Assembly (NCBI GenBank): GCA_963675755.2
Contig: CAXXMD010000003.1
Location: forward strand, 2,688,001-2,752,000
Length of the DNA stretch: 64,000 nucleotides
DNA from: a bacterium
GTDB taxonomy: Bacteria > Zhuqueibacterota > Zhuqueibacteria > Residuimicrobiales > Krinioviventaceae
Direction of reading: 5' to 3'
Part shown: piece after piece, positions 41,412 through 51,805 of the stretch
Numbering within the stretch: the stretch's first letter is position 1
Layout of the letters: the number at the start of each line of letters is the position of its first letter
Position numbers and translations under genes: made by a program
The notes under the pieces: generated by a model
The model's input: the letters and a program-made list of their open reading frames with translations, nothing else
Databases searched by the model: none
Told to the model about the DNA's origin: nothing

Positions 41412-42743
41412 ATGAGTACAATTAATGATAATAAAATTTGGCCTCTGCTGAACTTTGAAACGTTTGAAAAACAATTAAATGGCCAGGCGGAATCACCTCT
41501 GCATGATTTGCGAAAAAAAGCCATTGAACGGTTCAGTGAAATGGGATTCCCAACAATGCGCAAAGAGGCATGGCGGTTTACCAATATTTCTCCGGTTGAA
41601 CAGCAGTCGTTTAAACTGGATGCGGGAGACGTTCCGGTCAGCCTTGATGAGATCAAACCCTTTTTGTTGAATGAAAACGACCCTGTACAGCTCGTTTTTG
41701 TTAACGGTGTGTTTAAACCGGAATTGTCTGAAATACATGTTAAAGACGGTATTGTTGTTCAAAATCTCGGGCAGGCTATCAAGGATGATCCTGAACGGGT
41801 ATTGACGTATTTGAAGAAAAATGAAAATGTTTTTGATTACGAATTCTCTGCGTTAAATACTGCATTTATGAAAGAGGGTGCTTTTATTTACATCCCTAAA
41901 AATGTAGTTTTTGACAAACCAATCCATCTTTTATATATTTCACGTGCAAAAGACACAGAAATTGTAAGTCACCCTCGCAATTTGATCGTGGCAGAGACAA
42001 ATTCTCAGGCAACTATAATGGAATCGTATGCTGGTTGGAATAATGAGGTTTATTTTTCCAATCCTGTTACTGATGTTGTATTGGGCGAGAATGCAATTGT
42101 GCACCATTATAAAGTACAGCGTGAAAGTGAAAAGGCATATCATATTGCTTTACAGCACATCCATCAGGAACGCAGCAGCCATTTTGCATCGTATTCTTTT
42201 TCAATCGGTGCGGCTATTTCGCGAAACGATATTCACAATGTATTGGATGGTGAAGGATGTGATTCTGTGTTGAATGGGTTGTATCTGGCGCATGATCGTC
42301 AGGTTGTTGACACACATTCACTTATCGATCACGCTCAGCCACATTGTAACAGCCGTGAAGTATATCATGGTATTTTAGATGACAAGGCCAAGACAGTATT
42401 CAGCGGCAAGATTCATGTGAGAAAAGACGCACAGAAAACCGATGCAATCCAGAGTAACAAGAACATCTTGCTTTCTGAAGAAGCTACTGTAGATACACAG
42501 CCGCAGCTCGAAATTTTTGCGGATGATGTGAGATGTACACATGGCGGCACAGTTGGACAGATCGATAATAATGGTGTGTTTTATTTACGTTCGCGCGGTA
42601 TTGGTGAAATAAAGGCGAGAAATATTATGATCCATGCTTTTGCCGGTGAAATTTTTAACGAAGTCAAGTTTGATTCCGTAAGAGAATTGATGGACGACCT
42701 GGTATTGTCGCACCTTGAAGACGGTCATTTGAAACATTCATAA
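41412..42743 (+). CDS. sufD: Fe-S cluster assembly protein SufD
   Basis: EAWRFTN, AQKTDA, PQLEIFADDVRCTHG, FYLRSRGI. Confidence 0.96.
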   Translation: MSTINDNKIWPLLNFETFEKQLNGQAESPLHDLRKKAIERFSEMGFPTMRKEAWRFTNISPVEQQSFKLDAGDVPVSLDEIKPFLLNENDPVQLVFVNGVFKPELSEIHVKDGIVVQNLGQAIKDDPERVLTYLKKNENVFDYEFSALNTAFMKEGAFIYIPKNVVFDKPIHLLYISRAKDTEIVSHPRNLIVAETNSQATIMESYAGWNNEVYFSNPVTDVVLGENAIVHHYKVQRESEKAYHIALQHIHQERSSHFASYSFSIGAAISRNDIHNVLDGEGCDSVLNGLYLAHDRQVVDTHSLIDHAQPHCNSREVYHGILDDKAKTVFSGKIHVRKDAQKTDAIQSNKNILLSEEATVDTQPQLEIFADDVRCTHGGTVGQIDNNGVFYLRSRGIGEIKARNIMIHAFAGEIFNEVKFDSVRELMDDLVLSHLEDGHLKHS

Positions 42744-42758
42744 ACATGAGGCAGTTTA

Positions 42759-43079
42759 ATGTACGAACCTGATATGAAATCGATCATGCAGGATGTGATA
42801 GAAGTTTTGCAGAATATTTATGACCCTGAAATTCCAGTGAATATTTATGATTTGGGACTTGTTTATGAGGTTGATGTGGATGAAAACGGACATGTAAATA
42901 TTGTGATGACATTAACATCACCAGCATGTCCGGTTGCAGAAGCGTTGCCCAATGAAGTTAAAGCTACAGTACATCATGTTGAAGGAGTTAAGGGTGTGGA
43001 TGTGGAAGTGGTTTGGGATCCTCCATGGAATTACAATATGATGACTGAAGAAGCAAGGCTTGAACTTGGAATGATGTAA
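42759..43079 (+). CDS. DUF59 (SufT-like) Fe-S assembly protein
   Basis: YDPEIPVNIYDLGLVY, MTLTSPACP, WDPPW. Confidence 0.92.
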   Translation: MYEPDMKSIMQDVIEVLQNIYDPEIPVNIYDLGLVYEVDVDENGHVNIVMTLTSPACPVAEALPNEVKATVHHVEGVKGVDVEVVWDPPWNYNMMTEEARLELGMM

Positions 43080-43100
43080 ACCTGGCGAGAGGGAGGTTGA

Positions 43101-43412
43101 ATGAGCAGGTTTGTTGAAGCGTGTGAGCTTCAAACTCTGTTTTCCGGAAAGTTGAGACGCGTCAATTTGGATGGTGAGCAGATTCTTCTTGTGCGAGATG
43201 GAGATAATGTATATGCGCTCGAAGACAGATGTACCCACGAAGATTTTCCATTATCCGATGGATGGGTAGATGACGGATGTGTTTATTGTCCTATGCATGG
43301 CGCTAAATTTGATATAAAAACCGGCGAGGCTTTGTCTTTACCGGCTTATGAGGATGTAAAATCGTTTCCTGTAAGAATACAGGACGATAAAGTTGAAGTA
43401 GATATTGGGTAA
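43101..43412 (+). CDS. Rieske [2Fe-2S] ferredoxin
   Basis: CTH...CPMHG Rieske ligands, FDIKTGE. Confidence 0.92.
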   Translation: MSRFVEACELQTLFSGKLRRVNLDGEQILLVRDGDNVYALEDRCTHEDFPLSDGWVDDGCVYCPMHGAKFDIKTGEALSLPAYEDVKSFPVRIQDDKVEVDIG

Positions 43413-43417
43413 CTATA

Positions 43418-44677
43418 ATGGCTATACCTAAAATTTTTGTGTCTGACACAGAAAATATAAATGTTGAGGATGTTCGCAAGCAGTTCCCTGTTTTCTCTCA
43501 AGCTGAAAATCGGGAATTGATTTATTTTGACAGCGCTGCAACGTCCCAAAGACCCCAATTTGTATTAGATGCATGGAACAAATTTAATACAAATTATAAT
43601 GCCAATGCACATAGAGGTGCCTATCGGATGGCTGAACTGGCAACCCTGGAATATGAAAAAGCCCGTTCAAAGGTTGCTGGTTTTATTGGTGCATCATCCG
43701 AAGAAGAAATTGTATTTCTACGTGGAGCAACCGAAGCGTTTAATTTAGTTGCTTATGGATGGGCGTTAAAGCATGTTGGTAAAGGTGATGAGATTATTGT
43801 CAGTGAATTAGAACATCACAGTAACCTGATACCCTGGCAGATGGTCGCTCAAAAGACGGGTGCAGCGTTGAAATTTATTCCATTTGACAATGAAGGCCAG
43901 TTGGTTCTGACCGAATATGAAAAATTACTCTCATCCCAAACGAAATTGGTTGCTATAACACAAATGTCAAATGTTATGGGCTCACCCATTCCGGTTAATA
44001 AATTTATTAAAGCCGCGCATCATGTTGGAGCGGTGGTTGTTATTGATGGAAGTCAAAGCGTTCCGCATTTTAATATTAATGTGTCTGAAATGGATGCAGA
44101 TATTTTTGCATTTTCCGGACATAAAATGCTGGGTCCTATGGGCACGGGTGTTTTGTATGCCAAACAAAAGCTTTTAGAGGATATGGATCCCATGATGTTT
44201 GGCGGTTCAATGATTGAAGATGTTGATTATTTAAAATCCACTTGGAATCAGGTTCCCTGGAAATTTGAGGCAGGTACCCAGAATATACCCGGAGTGATCG
44301 GTTTGGGTGCTGCTATTGATTATTTGAATGCATTGGGTTTGCAGAATATAAAACAGCACGATAAAAGCCTGACTGTATATGCATTAGAGCAAATGCAGTT
44401 AATTAAAGGCCTGGAAATTTATGGCAGTGTTGTTGAACGTGGCCCGGTTATCGCCTTTGGTCTGGATAATGTGCACCCACATGATTTATCTACATTTCTG
44501 GATAACAAGAATATTGCTGTACGTTCAGGTCATCATTGCGCAAAACTGATTATGAAACGCCTGGCAGTAAATGCAACAGCAAGAGCCAGTTTTTATCTCT
44601 ATAACAGTAAAAATGAAATAGACGCTTTTATAAAAGCGTTGGATCAGGCAAAGGAATATTTTTCAAAATGGAACTAG
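43418..44677 (+). CDS. sufS: cysteine desulfurase SufS
   Basis: YFDSAATSQRP, EHHSNLIPW, FSGHKMLGP (PLP Lys), RSGHHCA. Confidence 0.96.
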   Translation: MAIPKIFVSDTENINVEDVRKQFPVFSQAENRELIYFDSAATSQRPQFVLDAWNKFNTNYNANAHRGAYRMAELATLEYEKARSKVAGFIGASSEEEIVFLRGATEAFNLVAYGWALKHVGKGDEIIVSELEHHSNLIPWQMVAQKTGAALKFIPFDNEGQLVLTEYEKLLSSQTKLVAITQMSNVMGSPIPVNKFIKAAHHVGAVVVIDGSQSVPHFNINVSEMDADIFAFSGHKMLGPMGTGVLYAKQKLLEDMDPMMFGGSMIEDVDYLKSTWNQVPWKFEAGTQNIPGVIGLGAAIDYLNALGLQNIKQHDKSLTVYALEQMQLIKGLEIYGSVVERGPVIAFGLDNVHPHDLSTFLDNKNIAVRSGHHCAKLIMKRLAVNATARASFYLYNSKNEIDAFIKALDQAKEYFSKWN

Positions 44678-45129
44678 ATGACCTTTATCAGGAAATTATT
44701 TTAGACCATTACAAACAACCCCGAAATCAGGGACAGTTGAGTAATGCTACCGTTCATATTAGCGGTAAAAATCCTTTTTGCGGTGATGAACTGGATCTGT
44801 CATTGATCATAAAAGATGATCTTGTGCAGGATATTGCCTTTAAAGGAAGCGGATGTGCCATTAGCCAGGCATCTATATCCGTTATGACTGAGCAGGTAAA
44901 AGGAAAAACTGTAAATGAAGTTAGAGAGTTGATAGATAAATTTTCAGGAATGGTTAAAGGTGAAAAGAAAATTGATCTTGATACACTTGAAGATTTATCC
45001 GCATTCCAGGGAGTATGTGAATACCCAACCCGGGTAAAGTGCGCCATGCTTGGGTGGAATGCATTAAAAAAAGCGATTGATTCTGAACAAAATAATGAAA
45101 AAACGGAGCAAAATGATGCCAAAAGTTAA
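44668..45129 (+). CDS. sufU: SUF system NifU-family scaffold/sulfur-transfer protein SufU
   Basis: LYQEIILDHYKQPRN, NPFCGD, GSGCAISQAS, RVKCA. Confidence 0.94.
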   Translation: MELDDLYQEIILDHYKQPRNQGQLSNATVHISGKNPFCGDELDLSLIIKDDLVQDIAFKGSGCAISQASISVMTEQVKGKTVNEVRELIDKFSGMVKGEKKIDLDTLEDLSAFQGVCEYPTRVKCAMLGWNALKKAIDSEQNNEKTEQNDAKS

Positions 45130-45310
45130 AACTTTTACTTCCGAGATGGCAATATTTAAAAGTATTGGTCAACTGGAAGCACTCGATAAAACTGTAAACG
45201 ATTTCATTAAAGAAAATAATGTACAAAAGGTTTATTCTGTTAGTGATGCTACAACAACAAATGACCAGGGTGCAACTATGGGAATAATCCGCACACTGGC
45301 ATATGATTGA
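45113..45310 (+). CDS. small hypothetical protein at the end of the suf operon
   Basis: ATG 45113 after GGAG, overlapping the sufU end. 65 aa, MMPKVKTFTSE...LDKTVNDFIKEN...LAYD. Confidence 0.65.
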   Translation: MMPKVKTFTSEMAIFKSIGQLEALDKTVNDFIKENNVQKVYSVSDATTTNDQGATMGIIRTLAYD

Positions 45311-45316
45311 TTAAAA

Positions 45317-45340
45317 AGGTCCGTGATACTTTACGGACCT
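45317..45340. terminator. hairpin after the suf operon
   Basis: AGGTCCGT-N8-ACGGACCT. The T-run is only on the minus side, so the orientation is uncertain. Confidence 0.45.
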
Positions 45341-45411
45341 GAAAAATCATATATTGCATTTCATTATTAAATCTGTATATTATAGTAAAAATAATACAAA
45401 CATTGCAGAGA

Positions 45412-46059
45412 ATGATGAAATATATCTATTTTTTCCTATTTGCTACATTTATTTTAATCCTATCACAATGCAGCGAACAGTACCGACCTGTTGACTATTA
45501 TCCTGTAGATATTGATAATACCTGGCTCTATACGGGAATTCTTTCCAAAGTTCAAGTTACGGAAAAAGAAAAAAAGAAGAACCAGACTGAATTTATAATG
45601 GTTTACTTTGATTCTACGGGTATACCCATCTGGAAAGAAAAACATATTTTACGAAACAATAAACTGTTATGGACCACTTTTTCTCCGCAGACTCCTTATA
45701 TCCCGGAAATTCGGTTTGATCCTCCCATTCCTACCGCGCCTTTTTCTGATAAACTGGGTGATAAAAAAAGAATTGAAAGTACCGAAGTCCGCCTGGATTC
45801 TTCCATAACTACCGTACGTGTGTTTGTAGATTATGAAGTAGAGTCTATTGAGAATGTAGAACTGCCAACGGGATTTTTCCCCGAGTGTGTAAAAATGAAA
45901 ATGACTATATCCTACCCTGATCCTGTAACGGAACCTTATATGGCGGGGACTAGTTATTTTTGGTTTGCAAGGGGAGTTGGGCCCATAAGTTTTATAATGC
46001 CGTCGGGGCAGGGGAGTTTGATAAGTGCCAAAGTTGGAAATAAAAAAGTACCACAATAA
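45412..46059 (+). CDS. hypothetical lipoprotein
   Basis: Lipobox LSQC. DYYPVDIDNTWLY, VELPTGFFPECVK and WFARGVGPI motifs are typical of beta-sheet lipoproteins. Promoter-like TTGCAT-N16-TATATT at 45354-45381. Confidence 0.7.
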   Translation: MMKYIYFFLFATFILILSQCSEQYRPVDYYPVDIDNTWLYTGILSKVQVTEKEKKKNQTEFIMVYFDSTGIPIWKEKHILRNNKLLWTTFSPQTPYIPEIRFDPPIPTAPFSDKLGDKKRIESTEVRLDSSITTVRVFVDYEVESIENVELPTGFFPECVKMKMTISYPDPVTEPYMAGTSYFWFARGVGPISFIMPSGQGSLISAKVGNKKVPQ

Positions 46060-46092
46060 AAAAAAGCCCGCTAATTTAGCGGGCTTTTTTTT
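46058..46092. terminator. bidirectional intrinsic terminator
   Basis: A8-GCCCGCTAA-T-TTAGCGGGC-T8 between convergent genes. Confidence 0.92.
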
Positions 46093-46093
46093 A

Positions 46094-47902
46094 TTAGAAA
46101 TATAATTCTCGATAATCTTTAATGTTTGCATTTTCTTTTAATTCTGCATACCATTTAGAGTATATTCTCTGTTTGGCTCGAACCATCAACTGAAGTTTTA
46201 AATCTTCTTTTTGTTTTTCAAATTCAGCCGAATCAAAGTCTTTTTTGTCTAAAAGTTGAATGACATAATATCCGCGTGTACCTTTAACAGGTTCGGAATA
46301 ATCACCAACTTTTAAGCTAAATGCTTTACCAGCAAGTTCAGGCTCTTTACCCACTTTGGGGATAACACCAGTCATGCTGAATTCATCGGTTTCCTGAACG
46401 GTCAGGCTGTCTTTAGCCGCAACATCTTCCATAGAGCTGCCCGCTGCAATTTTTTCATAGGCTTGTTGGGCCTGAGCTTTGGCCAGTTCCATTTTCTTTT
46501 CACTTTTCAAAGAAGTTACAATGCGGTCTTGAACATCTTCAAGTGGTTGAACATGTTCTTCAACAACATCTTTTAATACAGCTACCAGGTATCCCTGGTC
46601 AACTGAAATGACACGACTAAGGTCACCTTTTTTGCTGCGATACGCAAAATTGTTAACTCGTGATTCCATGCCAATACCCGGAATAAAACCGCCTTTTTCA
46701 AAAGGCTGGGTAGTTTGTACATTCAAACTGTCACTTTTTGCGCGATCATAAAATTCTTCTGAAGAAATTTCTTCATCTGCAAGGTATTCGGCATTGTCAA
46801 GCAGGTTGTTACGTGTAGTTGGAGAAGTCTCTATTTTTAAAAGAATGTGTTTAGCTTTGACTTTTAATTCACCATCTTCACGTTTTTTATCTTCAACTTT
46901 GATGATGTGGATACCAAACCGTGATTCTACAGGACCAACAATGTCTCCAGGTTTGGCTGCAAAGGCTGCATCGGAAAAAGGTTTGACCATTGCATTTTTG
47001 TTAAAATAACCCAGGTCGCCACCGTTTTCAGCAGAGCCTTCGTCTTGAGAATAGAGGCGAGCAAGCTGTTCAAAATTGCTGCTGCTTTTTGCTTCTTCAA
47101 GAATATCCTGTGCTTGTTTCATGGTAGCTTCAGAATCTGCTTTTGTGGGTTTGGTTTCAAACAATACATAATCTAAAACACGTTTTTCAACTTGTTTATA
47201 ATCATCTTTATGAGCATCGTAATAAGCTTTAATCTCTGATTCTGATGGTTCTTCAGTTGATGCCATCTGATTCGAGTTGAAAAAGATGTATTTGATTTTA
47301 GCATTGGTGTTGTTTTTCATGAATTCAATGCGTGCATCATCATCGGTAATATGAATGCTTGATGTAAGCAGCATATTCAATTTTTGCATGGGGATTGCAG
47401 AACGCAGGTATTGTTCAACACCCATCCAGAACTGAGAAACCTGAGGATCAGGATTGTTAAGCGCAGCCTGATATTGAGCCATGTTGAAATTACCAGAAGA
47501 ATCTACAAAAGCCTGCTGTGAGCGAAGAATTTCAGGAGGATTGTTCCAGATTTCTTCAGTGATTTCAGCATCTGTTGCTGATAAATTAAAAGCGTCAATT
47601 ACATCCGTCATTAATTGCTGTTGAACCAATGTTTCATAAACCTGTGATTCGATCTGGGTAAGTTCAAACGCTCTGGGATCTTGACCTCTGTTTTCGCGAA
47701 ATGATTGCAGCTCAGAGTCATACATCTGTTTGTATTGTTCGTACATGATCTCATCACCGTTAACCTCGGCAATAACACCGGGTTTTTGGCCGGATTTGAA
47801 ACCACCCATACCCCAGTCAATAATGATGGTCAACATGAACGCGAAAACCAAAATTAACAAAATTACTTTAGTGTTTTCACGCATTCGATTCATTAAAGCC
47901 AT
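46094..47902 (-). CDS. PpiD/SurA-like periplasmic chaperone-peptidylprolyl isomerase (parvulin)
   Basis: N-terminal TM anchor, IAEVNGDEI, parvulin [24 protein letters not shown]...[10 protein letters not shown]...[12 protein letters not shown]. Confidence 0.9.
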   Translation of the reverse strand: MALMNRMRENTKVILLILVFAFMLTIIIDWGMGGFKSGQKPGVIAEVNGDEIMYEQYKQMYDSELQSFRENRGQDPRAFELTQIESQVYETLVQQQLMTDVIDAFNLSATDAEITEEIWNNPPEILRSQQAFVDSSGNFNMAQYQAALNNPDPQVSQFWMGVEQYLRSAIPMQKLNMLLTSSIHITDDDARIEFMKNNTNAKIKYIFFNSNQMASTEEPSESEIKAYYDAHKDDYKQVEKRVLDYVLFETKPTKADSEATMKQAQDILEEAKSSSNFEQLARLYSQDEGSAENGGDLGYFNKNAMVKPFSDAAFAAKPGDIVGPVESRFGIHIIKVEDKKREDGELKVKAKHILLKIETSPTTRNNLLDNAEYLADEEISSEEFYDRAKSDSLNVQTTQPFEKGGFIPGIGMESRVNNFAYRSKKGDLSRVISVDQGYLVAVLKDVVEEHVQPLEDVQDRIVTSLKSEKKMELAKAQAQQAYEKIAAGSSMEDVAAKDSLTVQETDEFSMTGVIPKVGKEPELAGKAFSLKVGDYSEPVKGTRGYYVIQLLDKKDFDSAEFEKQKEDLKLQLMVRAKQRIYSKWYAELKENANIKDYRELYF

Positions 47903-48152
47903 GGAAACCCTCTTGTATTTATTGTTTTTATATAATTCATATCATAATAGTACATCCGATTAATGTAATAGGAAAAAAGAATAAATGCAAGATTTTTCTG
48001 GTAGATATCAATAGATGTTTGATGGATTTGAGCTACAAAATGGAAAAAATTGCTGTTGCAGTGTATAATGACAAGTGCACTAACCTCTATTATTTTTTAT
48101 TGCTTATTAAGGCAGAATTGGTTAATTTGATATCTTGTAAACTTTGGAGCAT

Positions 48153-48842
48153 ATGATGTGGTTAGAGTTATTGGCTCTCGGTTTGTGGAGTGGTGTTGTC
48201 TCGATGGATACAACTGCTGTAATGCAGGTTATGATATCAAGGCCACTGGTCAGTTGTTTGATAACGGGTGCTATTCTTGGTGACTATCAACTGGGTTTGA
48301 TAATTGGGATTTATCTGGAACTCTTGTGGATAAACGAACTCCCTATAGGAGCAGCAAAATTTCTGGAAGGAAATGTTGGCGCTACTGCAGCGGCAGCTAT
48401 AGCAGTTTATTCTTTTCAGAACAGTTTACGGATTGTACCGTCAATTGTTTTTTCTTTATTGCTTGCTCTTGCAATTAGTCATTTAGGTGGTTATCTGGTT
48501 AAAAAAATGCGTTATGTCAATGGAGATGCATTTGATAAATTGTTAGTTGATCCCAATATCTCTGCTGCCAAAGTTGAAAAATTGCATTTTAAAGGCATAT
48601 TATATTCGTTTTTAATTGGCATTGTGATTATACCCGTGTTTGCGGTTGTTTTAGGTTGGTTTGCTTTGCCTTTGTTGATTTCTTGGTTACCCGTTTCGGT
48701 CGATCAATTTTTAGAACCTGTCAATGCTGCTTTTTTGGGTGTAGGAAGTGCAATTTTAATGTTCATGTTTACCCGTCATAAGCAATGGTGGATGATTTTC
48801 ATCGGCTTTTGTGCAGGCTTGTTGTATTTACTTATAAAATGA
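48153..48842 (+). CDS. PTS mannose/fructose/sorbose family IIC component
   Basis: QVMISRPLV...GAILGD...GIYLELLWINELPIGA. Confidence 0.85.
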   Translation: MMWLELLALGLWSGVVSMDTTAVMQVMISRPLVSCLITGAILGDYQLGLIIGIYLELLWINELPIGAAKFLEGNVGATAAAAIAVYSFQNSLRIVPSIVFSLLLALAISHLGGYLVKKMRYVNGDAFDKLLVDPNISAAKVEKLHFKGILYSFLIGIVIIPVFAVVLGWFALPLLISWLPVSVDQFLEPVNAAFLGVGSAILMFMFTRHKQWWMIFIGFCAGLLYLLIK

Positions 48843-48852
48843 AACCAGAACA

Positions 48853-49611
48853 ATGAATAGACGTTTAAAAACTGTTGATCTGTTCAAAATGCTCTTTCGG
48901 TGTTTCCTGATTCAGGGATCCTGGAATTTTAAAGTACTTATTGGTACTGGGTTTTGTTTTTGCGCATTGCCTATTACCCGTCGTTTATCGGAAACAACTG
49001 AAGAACAAAAAGAGTTCCTTTACGAACATTTGACCTTTTTTAATGCTCATCCTTATTTTGCCAGTTGGTGCCTTGGTGCTGTTGCAAAGCTGGAAGAGGA
49101 AGCTGCTGCAGATAATTGGGAAAGTAAACAGATCATTTCTCAATTTAAAAAAACGTTAACCGGACCATTGGGCTCTATTGGAGACAGGATCTTTTGGAAT
49201 GGAGTAAAACCATTGGCATCTGGTATTGGATTAATACTGGCTCTGTTAATTGGTTGGTATGCGTTCATAGTTTTTTTGGTTTTATATAATATACCCCATT
49301 TTTATTTTCGTATAAAAGGATTGTTTATTGGGTATAAAAACGGTTTTGATATTGTTACAATAATATCTGAAAAACCATACCGTAGATTTATTGTATTCCT
49401 TTCCATTCTTGGAGCTATTGTTGCTGGTATTTATGCCGTTTTAGCTTGTAAATGGAGTTATGATCAAAACCATTATTTGGCTGTTGCTTTTGCCGTATCT
49501 GTTTTAACCACATTGGTTTTTTTAGATTTAAACAAACCCGTGTGGATGTCACTCGTGTTTTCTGTAATATTTAGTATTGTTGTAAAAATCATCTTTTTTT
49601 TCACAGTTTAA
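48853..49611 (+). CDS. PTS mannose/fructose/sorbose family IID component
   Basis: FLIQGSWNF, HLTFFNAHPY, GPLGSIGDRIFW, LYNIPHF. Confidence 0.9.
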   Translation: MNRRLKTVDLFKMLFRCFLIQGSWNFKVLIGTGFCFCALPITRRLSETTEEQKEFLYEHLTFFNAHPYFASWCLGAVAKLEEEAAADNWESKQIISQFKKTLTGPLGSIGDRIFWNGVKPLASGIGLILALLIGWYAFIVFLVLYNIPHFYFRIKGLFIGYKNGFDIVTIISEKPYRRFIVFLSILGAIVAGIYAVLACKWSYDQNHYLAVAFAVSVLTTLVFLDLNKPVWMSLVFSVIFSIVVKIIFFFTV

Positions 49612-49669
49612 TTTAAATTCGTAGGTTAGGAAAGTTAGCCAGGCAAAAAGGTTTGCAAAGAGAGACTTT

Positions 49670-49939
49670 ATGTTAACAAAAGAATTTACAATAAAAAACA
49701 AATATGGCATTCATGCCAGACCTGCAGGTTTGCTGGTCAAAACATCTTCGCAATTCAAATCATCAGTTTATATTTCCAAAGATGGAACCGAAGTCAATGC
49801 AAAAAGTATCATGGGTGTATTGATGCTTGAAGCTGCTTTTGGCAGTGTTGTTCAAGTACGTATTGATGGTGAAGATGAACATAAAGCCATGGATGCTATT
49901 GGTCAGCTTATTGCTGATCGGCAATTTGATGAAGAATAA
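49670..49939 (+). CDS. ptsH: phosphocarrier protein HPr
   Basis: GIHARPA (His15) and NAKSIMGVLML (Ser46). Confidence 0.96.
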   Translation: MLTKEFTIKNKYGIHARPAGLLVKTSSQFKSSVYISKDGTEVNAKSIMGVLMLEAAFGSVVQVRIDGEDEHKAMDAIGQLIADRQFDEE

Positions 49940-49944
49940 TCAGG

Positions 49945-51732
49945 GTGAGTTTTATGCCTGTTAAAAAAACTACAAAGGAAATTCGTTTAACCGGAGTTGC
50001 TGCTTCGCCCGGTATTGCATTGGGGCCTGTATATTTTATGGGTTCTGATATAGTTTCTGTTGAAGCCAGAAAATTAGAATCGGGAGAAGTAGAATCAGAG
50101 GTTACGAAATTTTGTTCCGCTATTGACAAGTCAAAACAGGATTTACAAGAGCTTGTTCAGCGTACATCACTAACTATTGGTGAAGAAAGCGCAAAAATAT
50201 TTGAAGTTCATCAACTCATGTTGGAAGATGTGATGATTGTTGATGAATCTGTGCGCAAGATTCGCGAAGACAAAGTAAATGCTGATCAGGCATTTCTTGA
50301 AGTCATGGAGCATTTTGAAGTTTCTCTTGAATCTATAGAAGGAGAATATCTCAAAGCGCGTGCTGCAGACATTCGCGATATTAAACGCAGGGTTATCCGG
50401 AACATTCAAGGAGATAAACGACCCTCACTGGCAAGTCTTAAAGAACCCGCAATTATATTTGCCAAAGAATTAACACCTTCAGATGCTGTGAATCTGGAAC
50501 GTGAAAATGTTTTGGGGTTTGCCATGGATTTTGGTGGCAGAACATCTCATACCGCAATTATGGCCAGGGCTATCCGGGTACCCTCTGTTGTTGGTTTGAA
50601 AAAAATTGGACAATTGATTCACAGTGGTGATTTTGTAATTCTTGATGGAAATACTGGATTATTAATTGTAAATCCTACCGAAGAAACTGTGAATGAATAC
50701 CGGAATCGTTTTTCTGATTATAAAATCTTTAAAGAGAAGCTGGAACACCTTAAAGACTTGCCCGCCAGAACACTTGATGGTAAGGATATTGAACTGGCGG
50801 CAAATATAGAGTTCCTTGAAGAAGTTGAAGAAGTTGTAAACGCAGGTGGAGAGGGTGTTGGGCTTTTTAGAACTGAATATTTATATCTTACCAATGAAGA
50901 ACTTCCTTCAGAAGAAGAACAATTTGAGGAATATGTTAGTATAGTTAAAGCGTTGGATAATAAGCCGATTATTATCCGTACTTTTGACTTGGGTGGCGAT
51001 AAAATGCCCAAGTCTATCAACTTACCCCCTGAAACCAATCCATTTTTGGGAGCACGGGGTATCCGTTTGTATCGTGAAAAAGGCGGACAGCAATTATTCA
51101 AAACCCAGTTAAGGGCGATTGTAAGAGCAAGTGCGTATGGCAAGGTCCGGATCATGTTCCCCATGATCTCTTGCATTACCGAAGTCCGTTTTTGCCAAAA
51201 TATGTTGACCGAAGTTAAGCTCGAGTTGAAAAAAGAAGGGCTTCCCTTTTCGGATGATATACCCGTCGGCGCTATGATTGAGGTACCGTCTGCGGCAGTT
51301 ATAGCGGATATTATTGCCAGGGAATGCGATTTCCTCAGTATTGGTACTAACGATCTGGTTCAGTACAGCCTTGCGGTTGACCGCGGTAATGAGCATATTG
51401 CGTATCTTTATCAGCAATATAATCCATCGGTGTTACGTTTGATTAAAAATGTAATTGAAATGGGGCACCAGAAAGGTGTTTGGGTTGGTGTTTGTGGTGA
51501 AATGGCCAGTGACCCCCTGTTAACAATGATATTAATTGGTATGGGACTTGATGAATTCAGTGTGAGTCCGGTATCATTATTGCTGATCAAAGAAATTGTT
51601 CGCCGTGTTGAAGTTGGTGAATGTATTGATCTTGTTGAAGAAATGATTAATTATGATACGGCTGAATCTGTTGAAACCAGCTTGAAAGCGTTTATGAAAC
51701 AAAAATTTTCCGATTTATATCTATTATTTTAA
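49945..51732 (+). CDS. ptsI: phosphoenolpyruvate-protein phosphotransferase (PTS enzyme I)
   Basis: GGRTSHTAIMAR (phospho-His), GVGLFRTEYL, NPFLGARGIR, SIGTNDLVQY, CGEMA. Confidence 0.96.
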   Translation: MSFMPVKKTTKEIRLTGVAASPGIALGPVYFMGSDIVSVEARKLESGEVESEVTKFCSAIDKSKQDLQELVQRTSLTIGEESAKIFEVHQLMLEDVMIVDESVRKIREDKVNADQAFLEVMEHFEVSLESIEGEYLKARAADIRDIKRRVIRNIQGDKRPSLASLKEPAIIFAKELTPSDAVNLERENVLGFAMDFGGRTSHTAIMARAIRVPSVVGLKKIGQLIHSGDFVILDGNTGLLIVNPTEETVNEYRNRFSDYKIFKEKLEHLKDLPARTLDGKDIELAANIEFLEEVEEVVNAGGEGVGLFRTEYLYLTNEELPSEEEQFEEYVSIVKALDNKPIIIRTFDLGGDKMPKSINLPPETNPFLGARGIRLYREKGGQQLFKTQLRAIVRASAYGKVRIMFPMISCITEVRFCQNMLTEVKLELKKEGLPFSDDIPVGAMIEVPSAAVIADIIARECDFLSIGTNDLVQYSLAVDRGNEHIAYLYQQYNPSVLRLIKNVIEMGHQKGVWVGVCGEMASDPLLTMILIGMGLDEFSVSPVSLLLIKEIVRRVEVGECIDLVEEMINYDTAESVETSLKAFMKQKFSDLYLLF

Positions 51733-51805
51733 AATGTTTATCAGCATATTATTGATTTTTATATATTGTAATAAGAAATAGGAAAAGAGAAAGGAGCTGC
51801 CATAA

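Noticed and set aside
51733-51805. SAM or SAH riboswitch ahead of metK-ahcY
   Set aside because: Only 73 AT-rich bases, with no recognisable aptamer stems.
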